The notes under the pieces: model-generated
What the model was told of the DNA's origin: nothing
Databases searched by the model: none
The model's input: only the letters and a program-made list of their open reading frames with translations
Position numbers and translations under genes: made by a program
NCBI GenBank assembly: GCA_012295275.1
Contig: CM022670.1
Span: 4,030,001 to 4,094,000, forward strand
Source of the DNA: Chrysomallon squamiferum
Lineage: Eukaryota > Animalia > Mollusca
Reading direction: 5' to 3'
Length of the DNA: 64,000 nt
Shown: positions 20,926 through 33,552 of the stretch, in pieces
Numbering within the stretch: the stretch's first letter is position 1
How the letters are laid out: every line of letters starts with the position of its first letter

Positions 20926-22293
20926 GTCTGTGATGGAAATCATATTAATTTTATGTTATTCTTTTCTACATTTTTCTCTCTTATCACACACCCGACTTCT
21001 TTTTGAAAATACTTTCTTTTATTTTCGAGTTATTACAAGAAGTAACACAAAGGTACTTGTAACTACAAAAGTTCTTTATTCCAGAATCTCCTTTCCGGGT
21101 TGGTTTTGTGATCACCTGAAAGAGAGGAGAGTTCACCTGCTGATGACCTGGACCGGCACAACCAATCGATTTCCATGAAATCGTTGGTCACTTTCATTGT
21201 CCTCTAATGTTTCATAAATCTTTTGTCCCTATTTGCTTGGAAAGAAAGAAGAACAAAAATAATAAAAATAAAATTCAAATAACCGGAATTTCAATATCCT
21301 TTCTGTGTGATACCTGAACTACACCTGTCAAATGGCTGCAATCACAAATCGATGAGAGATAATTAGCGATCACTGTGAACAACGGTGGAGATTAGACCAG
21401 AATAGTGAAAATGTCGTCAAAGCTTTTGCTTTGTTTGATGAGAGAACACTGCTTGACCACTTTAGAAAACAAAATATTTACAGTATAAAAATCGATTAAA
21501 ATTAATATTGCTTGAACGATTTTCCTCCTTTGGTTTATTTACTTTGTAATTGCCCACACAACAATTAATAAGGGGCTTCTAAATAAACTCTGGCTAAAAA
21601 TAATAATAAAAAATCTTGTATGCACTTGACTATAGACTAAATACTAGAGAATTAATTTTGTTTTAAAGTGGCATTGTCTTGTGTACTATGCAGTGGCCTC
21701 GAGCAAGGGATTTTTTTATTATTATTATTATTTACTCACAGCCAGAAAAGTATATGCAGTTACTTTGTCTGGAATGGGAAATACATCACATAAACATCCG
21801 TGATGCAATAGCAATTTTATCTCTTTTTTTTTTTTATGAAATAACACTGCTGTAGAGTGTACAGTCTGAACATTAAATACGAAGAAACCAAGTTAATAAT
21901 GATGATGATAATAATAATATACAGTCCTTTTCGTTTTCTTTTCCTGCTTCTGAGAATTACGATGAAATAACTTTAATCATTAGAATTAAAACTTGTATCA
22001 AACTTTACTCCATTTCATTTTACTCCCCCCCCTTTCAGCACCATTACTTTTCATATGTAAGTAGGTTGGTAGGTAAGAATGTATATAGGTAGATGTGTGT
22101 ATGTGTGTGTGTGTGTGTGTGTGTTTCTAGTTGTACATGTCTCTAAAACCAAAAAAACGAAAGTATTAAGTTCTTAAACATAATTATGTTATAATATTTT
22201 CAGTATGAATGAAATTTGTGTGAAGAAATAAGAAAAAAAAATTAAAAACGTTTTAACAAGGAAGTTGATTGTATATGTGTGTGAATGTGAGGA

Positions 22294-22331
<38 letters not shown>

Positions 22332-22574
22332 AACTATCCTCATTTTAACAACATAGTTGTTTACTGAGAGGAGAAATAAGATTTAAAACGAAAAGAAGAT
22401 AGATAATAATTATAGGTTTAATAACATGTAATAATATGTCTTTTCCTTCTTCATCTTAAATGTAAAAAGAAATTAAATTATAATGACAATAATAGGAATA
22501 TTCGACAGCTTCAGATCCTAACATCGTGTTGTGATGAAATACGCTGTAAGTTGTTCGATGAAATACTCTGCTGT

Positions 22575-22712
22575 TTAGATATGCATTCCAATCTCCTATT
22601 GTGTTTTCTGATTGGCTAAAGCTGCCACGTGACTGTGCCTACTAATGGCAGTCAAAATGGAGGCTAAAAATGTGAGAAGCAAAGAGTAACCTACTAACAG
22701 TTTAGATGAAAT
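22575..22712 (+). promoter_or_regulatory. KIBRA proximal promoter / 5' UTR motif cluster
   Basis: GCATTCCA (TEAD/MCAT) 22583-22590; CCAAT 22588-22592; CTGATTGGCT (reverse CCAAT box) 22608-22617; CACGTGAC E-box 22626-22633; CAAAATGGAGGC (YY1-like) 22653-22664. All lie within 140 bp of the ATG in CpG-retaining DNA. Confidence 0.7.
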
Positions 22713-22840
22713 ATGCCAAGGGAAAGTAATGGGGATCTTTCCCTACCCGAAGGCTGGGAGAAAGCAAGCGACTACGATGGAAAAGTATTCTTTATAGACC
22801 ACATTAACCACCGGACGACGTGGATCGACCCTCGCGACAG
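22713..22840 (+). CDS. kibra: KIBRA exon 1 (WW1)
   Basis: ATG; [42 protein letters not shown]; AG|gtagga; missed by the ORF track. Confidence 0.95.
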
Positions 22841-24224
22841 GTAGGATTGGAGCCGCGTTGATAAGTTGTCATTTGTGTATGTTGCTAAATAGCACCAAGT
22901 CGCGTTTGGAGTTGTAACTGTTACCACGTCAGTGATATGGATCCTAAAATGATTCGGATATTAAAGTTTGTTGTCGTGTAACCTACAACGATTCTGCAGT
23001 GTTCGAATTATTATTGCTATTACAGATTTTTGTTTTTTGTTGTGCTTTTCCCCCTTCGCTTTGTCGGCTATCCCAGGATAACTAATCCTTCGATATTCAC
23101 CAACTTGACAAGATCTGTTTTTGTTTATAAATTTAGTCTTGTTTCCATGTATATGTCATAGAAAGAAAGTTAGAAAATTAAAGCTATACGATTGTAAGGG
23201 GAAGGTTAAACAAAAGTACAGTCTGTGAATAACGTGAATGAAATTTGTGGATTGTAGGATAGATATAAAGGTATTCCTTTGTCGGTTTTCATTTAGCACT
23301 ACTCTAGTAACCAGTCAGTTGGCCATTCATCATAACAGGTGTAATACAATATATAAATCCATAAATAATAAGTAAGTAAATAAAAATAATACAGTTCAGT
23401 TATTGAATGTGCAATATTTTCTAAAGTATACATCATAAAAAAGAAAGAAATATGTATCTTAACAGATACATATGTCCAACGTAAATGAATGACGATAATG
23501 GTTAAAATGATGTATTTGTTTTAGAATAGGTATTTTATATATTTTGCTGTAAAAGTATTTCTTTTTTTTATCTCAGACACAAGATAATGAAAATTTTATA
23601 TGCATTTCGATTTGTGGGATAAACCAGTTAGTATTGTTTTCTTTGTTGTTTGAAGTATTGTTGTCTTATTATAACTACATTTCTGGACATTTGCTTTTTG
23701 TTATTATGACTTGCTACATTGTTGACATTAGCAACTTCGTATATTTATTAATATTATAAACATTTTTTTTTCAATTGTATAATATATGAAAACATGTCAA
23801 CTGTAAAAACATCAGACAGTAAACACGTATCTTCAGAAACACCAATCATATGCACAGTTCCTGTATTTTAGTTTTTACACAGATGCTTTTTTACATTTTA
23901 ATAAGTATAAACAACAAGCAGTTTATTTTCAGAACTGACAGATTTGTTTAATGATATCATAAACACCGTTTATATATAATATGGATATTTAATTGTAGTG
24001 ATACTTATACTTTATTGCACAAGAGGAAACAGATATGAATATTGACAACTTTGGTATAGAACTCAATGGAAAAAAAATGTAGATGTGTGTACAGTTTGTG
24101 TATATAGATCACACAGGTTTTCTCAAACTTTTTTGTTTGTTGACAAAACATGTTATTGTGTGCATATAATTTGCACAAAATGCCACAAGTAACACAAATA
24201 TTACATATACATATACATATACAT

Positions 24225-24255
<31 letters not shown>

Positions 24256-27200
24256 CATATACATACACATACACATACACATACATATATATATATATAT
24301 ATATATCTTTTATTTTCAAATTCATGATCAAAACAATAATTGTAAATTGTTAATAATTTTTTTGTTTTGACCAACAATACAGAGTTAGCAATGCAACCAT
24401 CCTAAAATTGTTCATTCATCTGCAACATAATTAGAAATCATTAACCACCATGTCCTGTGATTCCCATCTGTCATACAAAACATTAATTTTTAATTGGGTT
24501 TGATTCATAGGAACAAGAACGCAAAACTTAAAGAGTGGTCAGTGGTTAAAAATGACCCCTGCCTAGCTAATAGATTTAATAGTTTTTAATCTTGTAAATC
24601 TCATTGGTTTGGAGATCGAGTGACAGATCTTTAATCATGCTGATAACATCATCAGAGCCGAGGTGTGAAATATGTCCATCTGGGAATACTTGGTGATTAA
24701 CACAGCATAGAAAAGTTAACACCTGCTGAAGCCACTGGTTAGCACCTGTATACATCTCTCTGTGGTGCAACAGTTTGTGCTACATGTATAACAGGTAGCT
24801 GCAGGCTATAAAAACATGGGGATTAATTTAATAGGCATGTATGCATTTTAATAAAATAATGTAAATGTTTTGATATTTTGTCACACACCTACATATAAAC
24901 ATTTATGTTGAAAACTGTATGCAATTAATGTGAATGAATTAACTTTCATCTTCAAAATGTAACAAAATAATAGCATGGTAATCTACATATCTATAGCTGA
25001 AACATTATTTAGTAATTAATAGATTTATTTATAAAAAGTTTTATTTACTTGAAAGTGAATAAAATATTTTTATAAAACAGATGATAATGCCATAATATGT
25101 ATATGTTTACATACATCTACAAAACCATCAGCTTTCATATATTTAAACATGTTTTTTAATACTGATGCTTGTTGATCATGAATTTTCATATTTACTAAGA
25201 AGTTCATTATCATGAAACAAAATTACAATTTTGCATGTATCTACAGATTAGTTTTCAGACATTATTGTTGTCTAATAATCTGTGTTTGTATTAAGTATTA
25301 CAGAGCTGTAATTACATACATATGTTCTGCATTTTTACATCAGTTGAATTCCATAAAGTATTTAGTTGTTACTGACTCTTTCACCTTTAAATTATGATAT
25401 TTAAGGAATTTGCATTCATGCATTGTATATTACAGCGGCTATTTGGGTTACTGATTTCTGTAGTGTAGTTATTGTTTGGGTTATTGCACTGTGTATTGTT
25501 TGGATTATATGGATTACTGTTTTGTATATTGTGGTATTATTTGGGTTATTGCACTGTGTACTGCAGTTGTTATTTGGGTTACTGATTTGTGTAGTATAGT
25601 TATTGTTTAGGTTATTGCACTGTGTATTGTTTGTTACATTATTTGGGTTGTGTGTAATGCATACTGTGTTATATGGGTATTGTGAACTGCAGACTATTAC
25701 AGTTTTAACTGGTTTATTGCTTTTTGTATTGAGGTTTGTGTTACTACATTGTACTACAGTTGTTACTTGGGTTACTATGTTGTAGAAGAGTTATTTGAGT
25801 TATTACATTGTATTACAGTTATTTGGGTTACTACATTGTATTGTAGTTGATGTTTGTGTGGTTACATTGTAATTTGTATTACAGTTGTTACTTGGGTTAG
25901 AGTGTTGTAGTGCAGTTATTTGGGTTACTACATCCTAGTACAGTTACTGGGGTTACTACCTTGTATTAAGTGATTTTTGGTTACTGCATTGTATTACAGT
26001 TGTTATTTGTGTTACTACATTGTATTACAGTTATTTGGGTTACTACATTGTATTGTAGTTGATGTTTGTGTGGTTACATTGTAATTTGTATTACAGTTGT
26101 TACTTGGGTTAGTGTTGTAGTGCAGTTATTTGGGTTACTACATCCTAGTACAGTTACTGGGGTTACTACCTTGTATTAAGTGATTTTTGGTTACTGCATT
26201 GTATTACAGTTGTTATTTGTGTTACTACATTGTATTACAGTTATTTGGGTTACTACATTGCATTGCAGTTGTTATTTGGGTTGCTACATTGTATTACAGT
26301 TATTTCGGTTACTACATTGTATTACAGTTGTTATTTGGGTTACTACATTGTATTACAGTTATTTGGGTTACTACATTGCATTGCAGTTGTTATTTGGGTT
26401 GCTACATTGTATTACAGTTATATGGGTTACTACATTGTATTACAGTTATTTGGGTTACTACATTGCACTGCAGTTGTTATTTGGGTTACTACATTGTATT
26501 ATAGCAGTTATTTGGGTATTGTATTATTCACTGCTGTTGTTATTTGGGTCACTACATTGTATGTAACAACTGTTGTTTAAGTTGCTACATTGTTCATTTT
26601 AATTGCTATTTCCTTTGTTTAACTATAAAAGTCCTTTTCTGTTTTCTTTTTTGACAGGGAGAAATAACAGTTACACAAATAGTATATGAGCTACCATATT
26701 TTCAGACCATTTATTTTGTTATTTTTAACAAACACATAAATATATTCAGAGATACACTGATGCATGTACATGCAAATTGGAAACTCTAATGTTCTTCATA
26801 ACCTTGATTTCTCACGTGAGTGGTCCATGTGGAAGCAGTTTGAGCCAGATGTCTGTTTCTGATTGCAAAAGTGTGTGGTGATCCAGTACTTGTTTATATT
26901 TCTCTACATGTCTACCTTGTAGCAGTCTGACCTTTCACTCTGTGGTATTTTCCCCACAAAGCACACATGTCCTGGTGTCACCACTGATGACCCTGGTGCA
27001 CCCAAAGCACGCCCTACACGTACATGTTCATCAGTCAGAGCAGGATGACCTATCACTTTGTATCTTGTTGCCAGTTGGTATTGTTTTGCAATGATTACAT
27101 TTCTGTTTTTATTTTGTACCTTCAGTATTTTGATAAGGCCAACAACCTTTATCAACTTTGCTTCCATAGCAGTTTTTTTGTGTGTTTTTTCTGTTGTTGT

Positions 27201-30200
27201 TTTGAAAATTCCTTTTTCATTTCAGAAATTTTTATTTTTGCTGTTAACAATTTACTGGATCAAGTCTCATTATTAATGTTTAAGAATTAATGTTGTGAGA
27301 TATAGTTTGTCAGTCTTTTTCTGTGTTTGTTGAAAACATAAATCATATTCTGTGTTTTAAAAGTTATAATCTTCAGGTTTTTTTTTTGAATTGTTCATAA
27401 TTTCCTTTGTATTTTTCCTCTTATTATTTAAAGCCAGTTTTACAAATCGATTTATTTTGTATATGATCATTATGTAAGAACAATACATTCTATTGACACC
27501 AAACAAGTTAATAATAAACTACAGCAAAGTGTTATGAATTATTCATTTATTCATTAGAAGAGCTGTATATCTTTGTCTCACTAGGATTTACAGACACAAT
27601 CTAATTACTCCTTTGTGACTATATTGTTTATATCAAATGTTCAAACATTGGTTACTATCCAAACTACTGCAATACTTTTGCTGCTTGTATTCAGATACAT
27701 ATATATATATATATCTTTTCTCCTTTTTTTTGGCATTCATTGTAACTCTAAGGAGTGGTCTTCAGGTTTGGTAAAGTGATTTGTTTAAACCAAATAATAG
27801 CAATGTCTTCGTGAAATGGTTTTCACATTTTTACATGCTGGTATTTCACTTTATGATTTCATAATAATTACTCTGCTCACTATTATTTACAGCAAAACGA
27901 GTTGGCTGTGATTCTTTTAGATCAGATTTCCTTGTAGAGAATGTTCAGCAAATTCCCATTCCAATCAGTTTCATATGACTTGGATTATTAAGGCTGTGAT
28001 ATGTGTTCTATCTGTTCACTGGAAGTTATATATTAATATAAATAATTAGGGTAGACCAAAGAATGGCAGTAACTGGTTTCATCTCTCATGTAACCATTGT
28101 GCAAAAATATTTATTACTGACACCTAATGACTGTTATCATAATGTTAACACTGTAAGTGGGGAAAAAATCCACAGAAATTATAGTTATATTCCATAAAGT
28201 ATTTAGTTGTCAGTGTATTAAGTTAAAATATTAAATATTAAAATCATATACTAACCAAATAAGCTTAAAATCAAAAACATCTCTGTATAAACATTAATAA
28301 AATTTGATAAATGGATTGTTAATATTTTTATTTCTTTCCTAAAAAAAAAAAAAAAAAAATCTTATATATAAGCATATAATTTTTTTTATAGAGATCAAAT
28401 AAAATGTTCATATTTTAAACTTTATTATTATTATTATTATTATTTGGTACAATAAATACATTAGTATTGTTAAAGTAGCTTTATCATTTTTAAAAATCTA
28501 TTTATCTTTTTCAGGTTTTTTGTATATTAAACTATGCTGACCTAGTAATCTGAGTATATGAATAATTGGAACGTGTTAATGAATATTTACTGTTCTGAGC
28601 TGACCTAATAATCTCCACAAATATGATTGATTAATAAACTGTTAAAGATAATTTACAATTAAGCTAAACCTGCAAATGATAATGTTATATTAGAATATCT
28701 TGTTAATTAATTTTAACATTACCAACATTACCATTTCAGAAAACCCTTCTTTATTTATTTATTTACTTATTTTTAAATTTTTTTAATTTGAAATATTGCT
28801 AACTTTTCCTCTGGTAATTGCTTAAGCTATTAGTAGATCACTGCCTGTAGTGTTTGTGTGGAAATATGTTTGGAATGCGAGTAGATGATCTTATCTCTCT
28901 CTAGAGATAACACCTCTGTTGTTTTTGTCTTCGGAGGCCTCGTTTGGGTAGTTAGTAATACTAATGTTGCCTTAGATGTGTAATTAATACTAACAGGTCT
29001 TAAACGTGTAAAGTTAGTAGGCCTCAAAAATGTATATCTTAAAAATGTGTCAAACCTGTAATGATTTAAAGGTATAGTCTTAAATATGTAATATTTCTAG
29101 GCCTTAATGATTTATCCTAAATGTGCAGCACTCACTATGTCTGAAAGTTTTGCATTAAATGAATAATAGTAGGCCTTTAAAAATACTGTTTTTAAAAGGT
29201 CTTGAAGTTTCTGTCTTTAATTTATAAAATATACAGGTCTTTGAATTTTGTACAGCATATACACCAGAAAAAAATATAGTTTAATGTTTTCTATAAAGTC
29301 TTAATAATAAGTTACATTTTTGATATTTTATTCACCGTTTGTAACTTTCTGTATGTAATACTGTAGGGTTTGGGTTGTTACGAAATAGTAACAATGACAG
29401 TAATTAATATGGCTTAATGTTTAGTTATTTTTTGTCTTTTAACATTGTTTTAAATGTGCCACAACGATATGGCTTAAAGTTTGTGCCAACTTGTAACAAG
29501 TTGGGTATATTATTTTTGACATTGTGTTATGTGATACAGATAGAGATATACAGTATATTTTACAAGTTTTGATGTTAATATATAATTTGTAACTTTGTCT
29601 TACATGTAGAATATTTTGTGGAATTTAAAAAAAATTATTGGCACCTTTGCCAGGTTTGTGTAATAGCTGTTTTCAGTTGGGAAAACATTCATACATTCAT
29701 CCATTCATTCATTCTTTCATATTTCATTTATCATTTCTTCTGTTCATTCATTTCTTTATTTGTTAATTCATTGATTTGGCTAACATCATATTTGTATATG
29801 TTAGTAAAATGTTTTGTTGTTTTATGGTATTCATTTGAACAAAACACTTTCAAAATAAGTAGATAAATAAAAGTCGTAAGTTATACCGGATCATAAGTTA
29901 TGTCATCTTGTCTTTGTTGATAAGAATGTGATCTACAACTACTAGCAATTGCAGCTTGTAAAATGGAAAAAAAAAATAATATATATATATGTGTTATCTA
30001 AAAAAAAAAAAAGTATGGAAATTAACATAGCATTTAGTTTAATAACAAAAATAACAGTAATACATAGCATTCTTTTTATGTGTTAATGCATATATGCATG
30101 AAACATGAATACGTATGTAAATAATATAAATTTTTTGGTCACACAGATTATTTACTAATGTAATCCATATATGTCATTATCTATGCTATGTATTTGTATG

Positions 30201-31150
30201 TACATACACCACACACAAATACACATTCAAATGTATTACAATTGCATTATATATAAATGATTGTTGTTTATCAAATGAATGTAATATATATGTACAAACA
30301 GGATAAAAAATTTAAATTTTAGTAGAAAGGATATATATATATATATATACATTTACTGCTTAATATTATATAAAAATTATATATTAATACAAAACACATT
30401 AGTAGTAATAATTAATCAGTAACTGTGAGCAGGTAACTAATTTAAAAAAAGAAACCCCCAAAACAACAACAACTTAATGAATGAAACATTTTAGGAAATT
30501 CATGAAAAAGATAATAACATTTAACAATCCCTGTTTGTTTTTCATACAGTAGTTAATATTTCACTACTTAATGTGGCCTGTCATCTGCATCCTCTCCTGC
30601 TTTCACCTTTTTGTACATAAAAAAAAAGAAAAAAAAGAAGTGTTATTCAGAGTAGAGCTCAGAGTAACTGGGGAAGTCTGGAATACATTGACCTAGAGTC
30701 TAGAACAAAATTTCATTTGTGCATATGAAGATAAAGCTATGCAAATGGTAGCTCTCTTACACGTTGTCATTTGATAAAGTCGTAAACTGCATTCCTGTGT
30801 GATAAACCAGAATTTATAGCCAGTTGAAAGTTGCTGATGCAGTACAGCCTCCATCAAAGCAACGTCTTGACAGTGCCAAGCATGTTAGATAGACTTCACT
30901 GTTAACATTTGTCTTGAAATCTCCAGTTAAAGAGGAAAAAAATATGATTAAATATGGTCAGTCCTGAATAATGTACATATAAATCATTTAAGTGTTAAAA
31001 GTGTAATAAATCCTTATTTTGTATATTTCTGCATGTTTTTTGTTTTTTTTACTATAATATATATAATAAATAAAAAATAAAAAATGACATCAAAAAAAAT
31101 GTAAACCAAATTCAGTGCCTCAAAAACAAACATAGAAAAGAGGAGGGAAA

Positions 31151-31209
<59 letters not shown>

Positions 31210-33513
31210 CACATACACACAAACTGAAATAATAATAGTTTGAAATGCTTGATGAATGTTACTAATACAGAGTGTTACACTAATGATCTGCTTTGATACA
31301 ACAAAATATTTAAAAAGTTTACTTTACAAATTGATGTATCACATGCATGCAACAGGGTATTTTTCTAAAATAAAATACTATTCGGCATGCCACAATACTA
31401 AGTATAGATAAACTTTGTGATTCTTTTTTGAAATGTTATATGTAGATGTGTGAAATAAATCCGTTTTTGTGGCTTTATGATCAGGGGTATGTGTCTTCTC
31501 CTACCATTACAGCAGGCTTACTGAATAGGTAATTAAATTGTATTTAATGGATTTTGGAATACAATAACTTCTTCTTTGCATTCCAAGATATCTTGTTACA
31601 GAGAAGAAAAAAAAAGTTTACTCTTGAAATAAAGCTAATTATGAATTTGTTCCGTTGGTCTGGTTTTCAAAATAATTTATTACAGCAGTCAAAGATAGTG
31701 TCACTGTTTTATTGAAAAACTATGGGTTTTTGAATATTATTGGCATTTATTGGCATGTATTTATTGGCATCTCTTATTTTTATTGTTTTGTTGTTATTTA
31801 TTTTGCTTTTCAGGAAGTTTTTAACAGATTTTGTTATTATGGTTAAGGTTGTTTTGTTTTTAAATGTCTGGATTGAACTAATAATAACAATAATAATGAT
31901 GATAATAATGATGATGATGATATTTATGTTACAGTTATTAAACATGACCAAGTCAAACAATTTCATTTTTGAGATAATTTGAAATAGACCGTGTAAATAT
32001 TTCTTAATATGTGAGAAGTCGCCACGATTTTAAAATGAAGTTTTGTGTACAGTATATTTGCTTTGTTAAATTGATTGTAATAGATTGCAGTAGCCATACA
32101 ATAACTAGTATTATTGTTTAAGTACACGTACAAAATTTAAAAGATAATGGTCTTTACACTTTAATTAAAAAACATTAATTTTTTTATTTGAACTTTTATT
32201 TGTCTTTGAATTTTAGATGTTTTACTCTAAAATGCAAAGAAAAATAAACATGAAAGATAATGAAGTTTTTATTTATTTATTATATTTATTTATTTGTTTG
32301 TTTGTGTATTTCAGTTATACCAAGCCTCGGACATTTGCTGACTGTGTTGGAGATGAACTACCTGTTGGATGGGAGGAAGCCTATGACCCTAATGTTGGGG
32401 TGTACTACATCAACCATATAAATCGTGAGTACTGTTTATCTGACATGCATTTTGTTTCGTATTATCTGTAAATAAATGAAAAACTGAATATCACATAATA
32501 ACTAAAAAAGGACAATGCTGTTTTATATCCTAACTGATTAAAAGCTTGTCGGTTTAGATATGATGGAATTCTGTTTTCTGGTATTTAAAGTACCATTATT
32601 AATTAAGATAATGTGGTTATATTAAATTTAATCATGTTAATATTCTGTTGATGTCACTGTAGAATCAAACTGTGTTATGTGCAAATATATATCTATGTAG
32701 CTGATAGCTGTAATATATATTTAAAAATACATTATACCTGGTTAATTAACAGTTCTTGAAATTGAAATAAATAAAGATGAGCAACACAGTTAACCAATTT
32801 TTATTTTGCTTACATGGCATATATTTTTTATATTTGTTACGTGGTAATTTGAACGACTGAACCATGTTAAATATCTGAATTGAAGGTTGTGTAATAAAAA
32901 AAAGAGACAAGATAATAGAAATAATGATCAAAATTGTACTATAGTCTTTCTGATTTAAAGTTCAAATTTAATGGAGAATTTTTTCTCTTTTTTAATTTTC
33001 TATTTATTTAAAAAAAAAAAAGAATTACATTTTCAGGCAGTTTACATACTAATCCATTTTTAAAAAACAGTTATCAGCATAATCAGAGATAAAATCTGCA
33101 TACTTTGTTGTAAAGTTTGCTTGTAACAACAAGATACAAAATAACAGTGGTAGCCATATCTATGTGTTTTTGAAAACGGATCTTCTAACAGAATGATCAG
33201 ATTTAACAGATTATTATTCACTTCTTGTTGTGTACATTTCAAGCATTTTGAATATCTTCTACCATAATATAAAACTATTTTCTTTTCTTTTTTTCCCTAA
33301 ACTTCATCAGATTACATACTTGGGATTACAATTTAAAATGATTTTGGTCATTACTTTTGATATTAGGAGATTTTCTTGAGAAACTTCTAAATCTAAAAAA
33401 ACACACACACACACACACAGGTTGTTATCTCTATATAAAAATCTTCAGTGTCATAAACCTAAGACTGCATTTTCTCAAAACATGTGCCAGAAATTTTATT
33501 TTTAAAACAATTT

Positions 33514-33552
<39 letters not shown>

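Noticed and set aside
21140-21190. CTGATGA...GAAA hammerhead ribozyme-like core
   Set aside because: Stem II does not close next to the core, and no stem I/III with a UH cleavage site is formed.
26180-26580. Three overlapping ORFs with repeated peptides; also a CRISPR-like appearance
   Set aside because: They are translations of a tandem minisatellite. There are no unique spacers and no cas genes, and the context is eukaryotic.
28930-29310. Recurring (T/C)AGG(C/T)CTT motifs; similarly TTTAGTAAATATT motifs at about 61210-61490
   Set aside because: Probably very old decayed minisatellites; the period cannot be defined reliably by eye.
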